Positions 17,914 through 25,775 of a DNA stretch of 64,000 nucleotides are shown here, one piece after another. Positions within the stretch are counted from its first letter, which is position 1. Each line of letters starts with the position of its first letter. A program made the position numbers and the translations under genes. Source of the DNA: an uncultured Eubacteriales bacterium (lineage in GTDB: Bacteria > Bacillota > Clostridia > Oscillospirales > CAG-272); the NCBI GenBank assembly GCA_910586545.1, contig CAJUIQ010000001.1, positions 156,157 to 220,156 of the forward strand, given 5' to 3'. Under the pieces are notes generated by a model that worked only from the letters and a program-made list of their open reading frames with translations, was not told the DNA's origin and made no database searches.

Positions 17914-18288
17914 ATGCATCTACAGGAATCCGGAGAAATGTATTTGGAAACCATTTATATTTTATCGAAAAAGGCTCCATCCGTCCGGGCTATTGATATA
18001 GGCGAATATATGGGGTATTCGAAACCCAGCGTGAGCCGCGCGGTGGGAATTTTGAAAAAGAGCGGCTATATTATCGCGGATGCGCAGGGCTGTCTGTCGC
18101 TTACGGACGCCGGGCTTGCAATCGCGCAGAAAATTTACGAACGGCATACCTTAATGACAGATTTTTTAATTCGCCTTGGAGTCAGCGAGGAAGTGGCCGC
18201 TAAAGACGCCTGCAAAATAGAGCATGATATCAGCGACGAAACTTTTGAAGCCATCAAGCGGCATGTTCAATCGGTTTCTGGCCGCTAA
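17914..18288 (+). CDS. DtxR/MntR-family metal-dependent transcriptional regulator (no SH3 domain)
   Basis: MHLQESGEMYLETIYIL...IGEYMGYSKPSVSRAVGILKK wHTH, then HTLMTDFL...ACKIEHDIS metal-binding helices. Confidence 0.85.
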   Translation: MHLQESGEMYLETIYILSKKAPSVRAIDIGEYMGYSKPSVSRAVGILKKSGYIIADAQGCLSLTDAGLAIAQKIYERHTLMTDFLIRLGVSEEVAAKDACKIEHDISDETFEAIKRHVQSVSGR

Positions 18289-18400
18289 CGTATAACGTAC
18301 ATACTTTTGCTATTTTATGTCTGAATTATGAATTTTATATTGATTTTTGTTTACAAATATGTTATTCTGTAGTCAATCTTATATTATGGAGGGTAATTTT

Positions 18401-18985
18401 ATGAAAAAATTACTTGCGTTCCTTTTCGCTATGGTAATGCTCATGGCATTTACCGCATGCACAGTGGAAGAGCAGCCGGGGGACAAAAAAGAAGATGTGA
18501 CGACAGAAGATTCTGCTGAAAAAGAAACGAATCCGGAAAATACAAAGGCAGAGACAACAGAACCTGAAACAACCGCAGAGGAAAAGAAGGAACTGTCATT
18601 TGGATCCACCTTTACTTTTGACGATCTGGAAATTACCATTGGAAACGCAGAGAATATCACCTGGGCGAAAATTGAGAATCAATATTCCGACAAAAACGGC
18701 GCGGATGTAATTGTGTTGCCTGTTACGGTTAAAAATTTAAAGGACGAAACCCACAGTCTCAACATGTTTTACTACTCCTTCTATGGTTCAGCAGGAACAG
18801 AGCTTGGATCTGTCAGTTCCTATTTTTCAGATACGGATATTGGATTTGCCGGAGATATGAGAAGCGGCGCGTCTATGACTTCTGCTTTCCATATTTTATA
18901 TGATGGAGATGGAGATTATTACATTGAGTTCAGCCAATTTTATCCAACTGAAAAAATAGAAGTTAAGCTGCCCATTACAAAATAA
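18401..18985 (+). CDS. lipoprotein, DUF4352-like
   Basis: Lipobox LMAFTAC, acidic T/E linker, and a beta-rich C-terminal domain. GGAGGG RBS before the ATG at 18401. Confidence 0.6.
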   Translation: MKKLLAFLFAMVMLMAFTACTVEEQPGDKKEDVTTEDSAEKETNPENTKAETTEPETTAEEKKELSFGSTFTFDDLEITIGNAENITWAKIENQYSDKNGADVIVLPVTVKNLKDETHSLNMFYYSFYGSAGTELGSVSSYFSDTDIGFAGDMRSGASMTSAFHILYDGDGDYYIEFSQFYPTEKIEVKLPITK

Positions 18986-18988
18986 TTC

Positions 18989-19017
18989 AAAAAACGTCCC
19001 TTTAGGGACGTTTTTTT
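18989..19017. terminator. bidirectional intrinsic terminator
   Basis: A-run, stem ACGTCCC / GGGACGT with a 4-nt loop, then T7. Confidence 0.8.
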
Positions 19018-19032
19018 GCAAACATATAAAAG

Positions 19033-19905
19033 TTAAAGATAGGTAAATCCGGACCTGTCTAAATCCTGAATGATAGAGAGTAGGTCTTCATTTGAGCTAT
19101 TGACTTCTAAAACCAAATTTCTAACTTGGTTATCGTCAAAAAGCTGCTGGAGTGCATCTAAAAAGGCTTGTTTTAGCTCCGCATTGTAGTTAAAGTATGT
19201 ATCTAAATTGCCGCAATGTGCAATTCTTCTGCCGTTGGATAAGGTCTTCCCCCATATATGAACGCCGCCAATATACTGGCGCACTTCTTGTAATGCACAA
19301 AGCAATGCTGTGATTCCGTCACATTTCCTTGGGGTTACTTGGTGTGCTGTATACAATTGAGGAATATCTAACGCGATTTGGAGGTTTAAATTCTCCGACG
19401 CAATATGCTGACAAAGTTCCTTGATTTGAGAAACGGTTGCAATCAGAAATTGACCGCCATAGTATCTTGAACCGCAACGATTTTCAATTTGAATATTTGT
19501 TTTCGCAAATGTATTCTTGATAATTTCCTCAAAAACCTTATATATCTCTATAAATTCTTCTACAGACTCCATATAATCGTTAAACGGCGGATGAATCTCA
19601 ATTACCGTTGGAGCATGCACAGGCTCGGTTAGCGCAATTAAAAATTTGGCAAACATTCGTGCCCATGTTTTATTTCTCCAGAGCATGGGAACGCCGTTTT
19701 TGCTTGCCTGTAAAATCTCAGGGTACTTTTGAAGAAGCACATTTTTAAAAAGTCGGCTTCCATAACTGTATTCCGTATGGAGTGAGTAGGGCATGGTGGG
19801 AAAAAATTTTTTTATATCAAAGTGGCCGGCAATCTCTTCTAAAGGAAGCGGAATCGTAGACGGATACGCTTGCTTATGATATTTGACCATACGAAATAGA
19901 GTCAT
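19033..19905 (-). CDS. hypothetical protein with xylose-isomerase/EndoIV/UvdE-like TIM-barrel motif pattern (island gene 2)
   Basis: 290 aa. AGGAGGG RBS 5 nt before the ATG. Ordered motifs IEIHPP, IQIENR, ALDIPQ, GVHIWGK, RIAHCGNLD, LVLEVN. AT-rich codon usage unlike the flanking genes. Confidence 0.6.
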   Translation of the reverse strand: MTLFRMVKYHKQAYPSTIPLPLEEIAGHFDIKKFFPTMPYSLHTEYSYGSRLFKNVLLQKYPEILQASKNGVPMLWRNKTWARMFAKFLIALTEPVHAPTVIEIHPPFNDYMESVEEFIEIYKVFEEIIKNTFAKTNIQIENRCGSRYYGGQFLIATVSQIKELCQHIASENLNLQIALDIPQLYTAHQVTPRKCDGITALLCALQEVRQYIGGVHIWGKTLSNGRRIAHCGNLDTYFNYNAELKQAFLDALQQLFDDNQVRNLVLEVNSSNEDLLSIIQDLDRSGFTYL

Positions 19906-20068
19906 GGCGTCCCTCCTATATGCATATTACAAAACAATCTTACCATAAAAACCAAAAGAAGTCGACCTTTTACCATGCCGGCTTCTTCTAGATGGAAAAT
20001 ACTGCTTTGGCAAAGCATAGTGATTTCACATTTTCGGCAAAGGAATACACATCCGGTTGCTTTGATTA

Positions 20069-20866
20069 TTATTCTCTTGTATCAATTACAACAACTCCCG
20101 CTAGATCGTCAAGCTCATAACGAAATTCATCTTCCAGCCAGGACAAATTGTCTTGCCTGTTTCGCCCTATAAATGTTTGTACATATGTGGGTAAGTCCTT
20201 GTAGTTATGTACTATCCCTTTATTATTAAAAAAATTCATGAAATGAGAATTAAGCTGATTTAAAAATTTCCGAGAACTTTCTGCGTCCTTAAAAATAACA
20301 TCCAATAATGATAAACCAAATGAGGCATTAATTAATTCTTCTTCCAATATTTTTCTTCTAGGATACCCAAATATATTTTTTTGTAAAGCAAGGGCCGATG
20401 TCAAGAAACATCCATTTATACAGGGATCGCACCACATTAACGACTCTTTTGAAACATAATTTATATTGAAAAGCTGCTTATTTATATCTGGTTGGCAGCA
20501 AGAATAGTATGCATATAACGGCAACGCATGTCTTGTCTTAGCTGCTTCGATTAACAAATCAATTTGCATTCCATTTTTGTTGCTATAATGAATGAGCGGA
20601 TAATTATCAACATTGGGTCTTAACTTTTTGGCTTGCACCAACAAACGGTATGCGGTGGTTTCATAATTACTATTATAAGATAAAATCCACCACTCCCAAT
20701 CAGAGCCGTTGAATGCTTCTTCATTTCTGGTGAAGGTTTTATAATAGATTTTTGAACTAAGGTTAGAAATATTATACAACAGCCAATCCGTCAAAGACTC
20801 CTCTTTAACAAATGATTGGTTATTTAACCAATCATAGCATTGCCTTGATGTTGGATGAAATACCAT
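20069..20866 (-). CDS. hypothetical protein with PD-(D/E)xK-like nuclease motifs (island gene 1)
   Basis: 265 aa. AAAGGAG RBS. EESLTDWLL helix, GSDWEWWIL strand, LLVQAKKL strand (D56...Q78-A-K80). Central Cys cluster CC...CxxCxxxC. AT-rich. Confidence 0.6.
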   Translation of the reverse strand: MVFHPTSRQCYDWLNNQSFVKEESLTDWLLYNISNLSSKIYYKTFTRNEEAFNGSDWEWWILSYNSNYETTAYRLLVQAKKLRPNVDNYPLIHYSNKNGMQIDLLIEAAKTRHALPLYAYYSCCQPDINKQLFNINYVSKESLMWCDPCINGCFLTSALALQKNIFGYPRRKILEEELINASFGLSLLDVIFKDAESSRKFLNQLNSHFMNFFNNKGIVHNYKDLPTYVQTFIGRNRQDNLSWLEDEFRYELDDLAGVVVIDTRE

Positions 20867-21060
20867 AATTGTCTCCTTTGCATTTAATCCAATAAATCAA
20901 CGTTTATGGAAAATACCCAAAATATTTGGATAATTTTGAGATTATTTGTAGTATATCATTGACAGTCATAAATTTATGTCGAACTTGGGCGAGAAAACAA
21001 ATTTTGATGAATAAATTCCGTAAAAATATGTAAAATCGTAGTAAAATATATATACAAAAG

Positions 21061-21105
21061 AAAAGCCCTGCATTTCCTTTAAAACAAAGGAAATGCAGGG
21101 CTTTT
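21061..21105. terminator. long-stem terminator downstream of tRNA-Pro
   Basis: 17-bp stem AGCCCTGCATTTCCTTT / AAAGGAAATGCAGGGCT with a 5-nt loop, A4 and T4 flanks. Confidence 0.75.
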
Positions 21106-21119
21106 CAGCAATTTTTCGT

Positions 21120-21196
21120 TGGTCGGAGTGACTGGATTCGAACCAGCGGCCTCTTGGTCCCGAACCAAGCGCTCTACCGAACTGAGCCACACCCCG
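21120..21196 (-). tRNA. tRNA-Pro (anticodon CGG)
   Basis: Hand-folded cloverleaf: acceptor CGGGGTG/CACTCCG, D arm GCTC..GAGC, anticodon stem CTTGG/CCAAG with loop TTCGGGA, T arm GCTGG-TTCGAAT-CCAGT, discriminator A, encoded CCA. 77 nt. Confidence 0.9.
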
Positions 21197-21213
21197 ATAT
21201 TTTTATCTTACAT

Positions 21214-21242
21214 ATTTTATCATGCGATTGCTATATTGTCAA
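21214..21242 (-). promoter_or_regulatory. sigma-A promoter for tRNA-Pro
   Basis: Minus strand reads TTGACA-17 nt-TAAAAT, ending about 18 nt before the tRNA 5' end. Confidence 0.6.
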
Positions 21243-21434
21243 CTGTTTTTCAATAATTTTTCCCAGTAAAAAATCTGTAAAAAATCTGTTTTCCCGTAGA
21301 AATTTGTCCACAGGCTGTATATAATATAAAGTAAGCGACAAATGTATAGGTTTTCTGCATCAGGCATTTTCATATAAGCCGCTCAATTTGCAAATGGCCC
21401 CGATTGCCGCAACACACTTGAAAAAGGAGCAAAA

Positions 21435-22280
21435 ATGCATAAGAAAATTTTGTTTTTGATTTTGGCAATTGTGCTGGTGATCGCCAGCGTGATTGTTTCC
21501 ATTGTCATTATTTGCAAAAGCGGCAGCAAGCGGCCTAGCCCGGAAGAGTCGGAAAACACAACAGAGCAGGATACGACGCAGGAAACTACCGAAGAGACGA
21601 CACAGCCTGTGCAAACGCAGCCGGAACCGGATACAACCGCTCCCCCGGATACAGAAGAAACGTCCGCGCCGGATACGCCCACATCTCTGCCGGCAAACTC
21701 CGGCGCCCATAAATCTGCAAATTTTGGGAATGTGCTGTTTATTGGCGATTCCCGAACCGTGGGCCTGAAGGATAATGCTGATTTGGGAGCGGCAAATGTA
21801 TTTGCCGAAAACGGCCTAAATATATTTCGTCTTTTCAAGGATGCGGTAAATGTGCCGGGTCAAGGACAGGTTACTTTGGAAAATCTGCTGCTCTCCCATC
21901 AGTATGACAAAATTTATGTTATGCTGGGTATCAACGAAATTGGCTATAATTTAGATAAAGTCATAGAAAAGTTTGGGCATGCACTGGACAAGATCCAAAA
22001 TTATCAGCCCAATACCACCATATATATTCAGGCAAACTTAATGATTCAAAAAAGTCGTTCTGACCGAGACGCCGTATATAATAACGCCAATATGCGGTAT
22101 TTAAACGATCACATGGCTGCTTTTGCCGATGGTGTAAAACGGATTTTTATAGATGCGAATCCCCTGTTCGGCGATGGTGCGGGAAATCTTTCTCCTCAAT
22201 ACGCATGCGATGATTTTCATTTGATTGGCGTATACTATACTGTTTGGGCCGATTGGATCTGGGAAACAACCTGCCAGTAA
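21435..22280 (+). CDS. membrane-anchored SGNH/GDSL hydrolase-family protein (paralogue of 10074-10907)
   Basis: Same architecture as the paralogue: TM helix, T/E/P-rich linker, FIGDSRTVGL, GINEIGYN, DDFHL. Aligns by eye along the whole catalytic domain. Confidence 0.8.
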   Translation: MHKKILFLILAIVLVIASVIVSIVIICKSGSKRPSPEESENTTEQDTTQETTEETTQPVQTQPEPDTTAPPDTEETSAPDTPTSLPANSGAHKSANFGNVLFIGDSRTVGLKDNADLGAANVFAENGLNIFRLFKDAVNVPGQGQVTLENLLLSHQYDKIYVMLGINEIGYNLDKVIEKFGHALDKIQNYQPNTTIYIQANLMIQKSRSDRDAVYNNANMRYLNDHMAAFADGVKRIFIDANPLFGDGAGNLSPQYACDDFHLIGVYYTVWADWIWETTCQ

Positions 22281-22341
22281 AAAATAGGGACGCCTCTTGT
22301 GAGAAGGTGTCTAAGCATCCTTTTCGAGTTATGCGTATATG

Positions 22342-22369
22342 AAAAGCCACCGCTAAAGCGGTGGCTTTT
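22342..22369. terminator. bidirectional intrinsic terminator
   Basis: Stem AAGCCACCGC / GCGGTGGCTT with a 4-nt loop, A and T flanks. Confidence 0.75.
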
Positions 22370-22391
22370 CATAATTTACTTCCATTTTATA

Positions 22392-23057
22392 TCACAGCAG
22401 CACAGCGGCAAGGCTTAGAAATATTACGATAGAAATCGCGCTGCCTGCAAAAAATTGGGGTATCGTGTGCCGTCCCATATGGAGGCTTCCCCACAGACAC
22501 AGTCCGAATAACACCGCGCCCACGATCAGGCTGGGCCATCCGGTAAAGTAAACCATCGCTGCAGCTGGGCCGCACAGGCCGCAGGCGTGACCGCTTGCAT
22601 GAAATCCAAAGGCCTTGTTGATAATCAGCAGAGCCGCCCCGGAAAAGAGATAGGTTAAATATAGGGTAAGCAGACTGCTTCCAACGCCAGCGCTCATTGC
22701 GTATACCATACTAAGCAAATATCCTACATTGGCCATAATCATCGCAAGCGTGCGCTGCCCGTCTCTCCCGCGACTGCGAAAGGCAGGAAGGATTTTCTGC
22801 AACGGATATGCAGTAAGCGGAAGTAAGGTAAACAGTACAATTGTTACGGCAAATTCGGTAGGCGTAGTAAACACGCCGCCGGTGAAAAATAAAAGAGTGA
22901 ACAGCACAAGAGACAAAATGGGCGCGGTGGTCAGCACGCGGATGGTTTTTGCCAGTATATCTGCACATTTTCTCCGCCGCCGTATGGCGCGCCGCAGGCG
23001 AATTGCGCCGGCATATACGTCGTAATTTTGATTTTGTGAGCTTTGTGTTTGCATCAT
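22392..23057 (-). CDS. polytopic membrane protein, divergent PAP2-like motifs
   Basis: Six hydrophobic helices. ..HASGHA.. and ..SLHMGRHTIPQ.. resemble PAP2 motifs C2/C3. GGGAGGT RBS; the start may be the second ATG at 23054. Confidence 0.5.
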   Translation of the reverse strand: MMQTQSSQNQNYDVYAGAIRLRRAIRRRRKCADILAKTIRVLTTAPILSLVLFTLLFFTGGVFTTPTEFAVTIVLFTLLPLTAYPLQKILPAFRSRGRDGQRTLAMIMANVGYLLSMVYAMSAGVGSSLLTLYLTYLFSGAALLIINKAFGFHASGHACGLCGPAAAMVYFTGWPSLIVGAVLFGLCLWGSLHMGRHTIPQFFAGSAISIVIFLSLAAVLL

Positions 23058-23282
23058 GTACCTCCCGCGGCAGGGGAAGCCTCCCCGGCCTGATTCGAAT
23101 GTACCACAAGTTTTCCCAAAAGTCACCCTACCTAATCAAAGGGAAGGTAGATAGATAGAAAAAGGGACTCTACCATCGGTAGAGTCCCTTTCGTGACAGG
23201 GGATTTGCGGTATTGTTGACGAATCCGAAGGACTATGATAAAATAACAAAGTACAAAATTTTGCTTTGGAGGGGAGAGCAAT

Positions 23283-23879
23283 ATGGAAGATATTCGGCAG
23301 ATTGTCGCTGCAAATATTGCCGCTTTGCGTAAAAATGCAGGATATACACAGCTTGCTCTGGCCCAGAAGCTACAGTATTCCGATAAGGCCGTATCAAAAT
23401 GGGAAAGCGGCGCGTCTATGCCGGATGCGGGAGTGCTGCTTGCTATCGCGTCCTTATTCGGCGTCACGGTAGATTATCTTCTGCAGGCGGAACATGGTGC
23501 GCAGCCGCTTCCTGTTTCTTCTGCTGCAGGCCAGCGGCGCAGGCACCTGATTATAGCCCTGCTTTCAGTGGCCTTAGTATGGCTGATTGCCACGGCGGTG
23601 TTTGTGTTTATGACCTTTTCCCCGGTAGAAGGACCAATGTGGCTTTCTTTTGTTTGGGCGGTTCCTGCAAGCCTGATTGTAGCGCTGGTGTTTAACTCCA
23701 TTTGGGGAAAACGGCGGCGGAATTATTTATACATATCTCTGCTGATGTGGACATTCCTCGGTTCGGTATATCTTACGTGCTTGCCCCGCAATCTTTGGCT
23801 TCTGTTTGTAATCGGTGTTCCCGGGCAGGTGATTGTCCTGCTGTGGGCAGGGATGCGGAAAAGGCCGGAAAAGACATAG
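23283..23879 (+). CDS. XRE-family HTH regulator with C-terminal membrane domain
   Basis: LRKNAGYTQLALAQKLQYSDKAVSKWESG HTH, followed by four TM helices. TTGACG-17-TAAAAT promoter at 23215-23243. Confidence 0.8.
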   Translation: MEDIRQIVAANIAALRKNAGYTQLALAQKLQYSDKAVSKWESGASMPDAGVLLAIASLFGVTVDYLLQAEHGAQPLPVSSAAGQRRRHLIIALLSVALVWLIATAVFVFMTFSPVEGPMWLSFVWAVPASLIVALVFNSIWGKRRRNYLYISLLMWTFLGSVYLTCLPRNLWLLFVIGVPGQVIVLLWAGMRKRPEKT

Positions 23880-23960
23880 TTGCCTGTTGCATTTTGCACA
23901 GGGCTGTGCTACAATATTTGCAGAAATTCATTTCATTGAAAATATAGGAGTATATAAACT

Positions 23961-24536
23961 ATGGAAAAGAAAGTTTTGGTGGAGACCAGTGCGCGTCACG
24001 TACATTTGACAGAAGAACATATTGCCATCCTTTTTGGAGAAGGCGCCGCGCTTACTTTGAAAAAGGAACTGAGTCAGCCTGGCCAGTTCGCTTGTGAGGA
24101 GCGGGTCACTGTGGTGGGTCCGAAAAAGTCTATTCCGAATGTGATCATTCTCGGACCGGCAAGAAAGGCATCTCAGGTAGAGGTATCTCTGACAGACGCC
24201 CGTACGCTTGGTATCGCAGCGCCTATCCGTGAAAGCGGAGACGTTGCCGGAAGCGCCCCCTGTAAGCTGGTAGGCCCCTGTGGCGAGGTGGAGCTTACCG
24301 AAGGTGTAATTGCGGCTAAGCGGCATATCCATTTTACACCGGAAAATGCAAAAGATTTTGGCGTAGAGGATAAGCAGATCGTATCCGTCAAGATTACAAA
24401 CGCAGACAGAAGTACCATTTTTGGCGACGTGGTGGTTCGGGTAAGTGAAAAGTTTGCGCCTGCCATGCACATTGATACGGATGAAGCCAACGCGGCGTGC
24501 GCATTTGGCGAATGCTACGGAGAAGTGCTGGTTTAA
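23961..24536 (+). CDS. pduL: phosphate propanoyl/acetyltransferase PduL
   Basis: Duplicated PduL motif (VETSARHVHL... and ..AAKRHIHFTPE..). Confidence 0.85.
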   Translation: MEKKVLVETSARHVHLTEEHIAILFGEGAALTLKKELSQPGQFACEERVTVVGPKKSIPNVIILGPARKASQVEVSLTDARTLGIAAPIRESGDVAGSAPCKLVGPCGEVELTEGVIAAKRHIHFTPENAKDFGVEDKQIVSVKITNADRSTIFGDVVVRVSEKFAPAMHIDTDEANAACAFGECYGEVLV

Positions 24537-24620
24537 TACATATCCCATGCTCCATTTGCATACGATGTAAGAAAGCGGCAGAGACCGGATTTGCAATCCT
24601 AATTTAATGTAAAGAAAGGT

Positions 24621-24851
24621 ATGGTCAAAGCGATGAACAGAATTAAAATACGTATTGACACCATGTCTGATGTAAGTAAACTGGTGGCGGTGGCGACTAA
24701 GGCCAAAGGCCGCGTGATCCTGACAGACAATACCGATTTCAAGGTAAGTGGAAAAAGTCTTTTGGGAGCTATCTATACCATGGAGTGGTCGGAGGTATAT
24801 CTGGAATCTGACGAGGATCTGTACAACGCCCTGTCCGATTTGGTGGTATAA
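24621..24851 (+). CDS. HPr-like domain protein lacking the His15 motif
   Basis: The KVSGKSLLGAI block resembles the HPr Ser46 region, but there is no GLHARPA-type His site. The start may be the ATG at 24633. Confidence 0.45.
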   Translation: MVKAMNRIKIRIDTMSDVSKLVAVATKAKGRVILTDNTDFKVSGKSLLGAIYTMEWSEVYLESDEDLYNALSDLVV

Positions 24852-24916
24852 TTTTTGAGGGGGACATGAAAATGTTCCCCTTCTGTATTTTTGATACTTT
24901 GTGAAAGGAGAGCGCT

Positions 24917-25723
24917 ATGTTTTATCGGGACCGCTATATATGGAAGTCGGGTATATTGGATATTCCTGGAACCTCCCATGGCTTTTCTACCAGAAAGGGA
25001 GGCGTCAGTGCTCTGCCTCATACGGCTTCTATGAATGTGGGCTTTTTTCGGGGAGACGAAGAGGAGACAGTGCTGGAGAACATCCGTCTTTTTTGTACCT
25101 ATGCCGGCCTTCCTGCCCAAGTGGTGTGTACGCCGCAGATTCACTCAGACCGGATCCGATATGTAACGGGAGAGAATGCAGGAGAGGGAACCTTGCGGGA
25201 TGTGCCTTTTCCCTGCGATGGATTTGTTACGGACCAGCCGGGGATTACGCTTTTGGTGCGGGTGGCGGACTGCGCTCCGGTGCTGCTTGCAGGGAAGACT
25301 GAGAGCGGCGCGCCGCTGGTTGGGGCTGTACATGCAGGCTGGCGCGGTACTGCTGCCGGAATTGGAGCGAAGGCGGTAACTATGCTGCGGGATATGGGCG
25401 CCGCAGAGGTATGTGCCGCCGTGGGGGCTTGTATTCACGCCTGCTGTTATCAAGTGGGCGAGGAGATGCGGGATACGGTGGCTGGTCTGCGGGGTACGGA
25501 TTTTGCCAGGCGTTATGTACAGGAGCGAGACGGGAAACTGTATGCGGATATTGCCGGCATGAATCGGGAATTGCTGCTGGAGGCAGGCGCAGCGCAGGTA
25601 GATGTTTGCGGAGAATGTACCCAATGCGCTCCCAATTTATACCACTCACACAGAGCTACTGGCGGCGTTCGGGGAACGATGGGAGCTGCTGTGGGAATAG
25701 TTTCCTGTGATTGTTCTAAGTAG
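24917..25723 (+). CDS. pgeF: peptidoglycan editing factor PgeF (YfiH/DUF152 family)
   Basis: HGFSTRKGGVS, PQIHSDRI, VADCAPVLL and HAGWRGT motifs. Confidence 0.85.
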   Translation: MFYRDRYIWKSGILDIPGTSHGFSTRKGGVSALPHTASMNVGFFRGDEEETVLENIRLFCTYAGLPAQVVCTPQIHSDRIRYVTGENAGEGTLRDVPFPCDGFVTDQPGITLLVRVADCAPVLLAGKTESGAPLVGAVHAGWRGTAAGIGAKAVTMLRDMGAAEVCAAVGACIHACCYQVGEEMRDTVAGLRGTDFARRYVQERDGKLYADIAGMNRELLLEAGAAQVDVCGECTQCAPNLYHSHRATGGVRGTMGAAVGIVSCDCSK

Positions 25724-25775
25724 AGAGGGATATGTTTTTTATAGAAGAAAAAGGGGAGAAATCTGTCCTCCCCTC

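Noticed and set aside
19018-21110. Calling the AT-rich island a mobile element or prophage remnant
   Set aside because: I found no integrase, transposase, IS ends or duplicated tRNA 3' segment by eye. It is reported as a compositional island only, not annotated as a mobile_element.
20966-21190. 74-aa ORF overlapping tRNA-Pro
   Set aside because: It is fully explained by the tRNA gene and its terminator. It has no RBS.
21307-21318. The 12-mer TCCACAGGCTGT shared with 32101-32112
   Set aside because: A back-of-envelope estimate gives hundreds of chance 12-mer coincidences in a 64-kb window counting both strands, so the repeat alone is not significant. Only the local DnaA-box-like cluster at 32.1 kb is reported.
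21360-21838. 116- and 151-aa minus-strand ORFs opposite the SGNH paralogue linker, and 59292-59762 opposite the secG tail
   Set aside because: They arise from low-complexity T/E/P-coding repeats read in antisense. They are not independent genes.
10074-22280. The two inverted SGNH paralogues as ends of a composite transposon or inversion cassette
   Set aside because: The similarity is at the protein level only (clearly diverged, with different linkers). There are no nucleotide-level inverted repeats or IS genes. The interior holds ordinary chromosomal genes.
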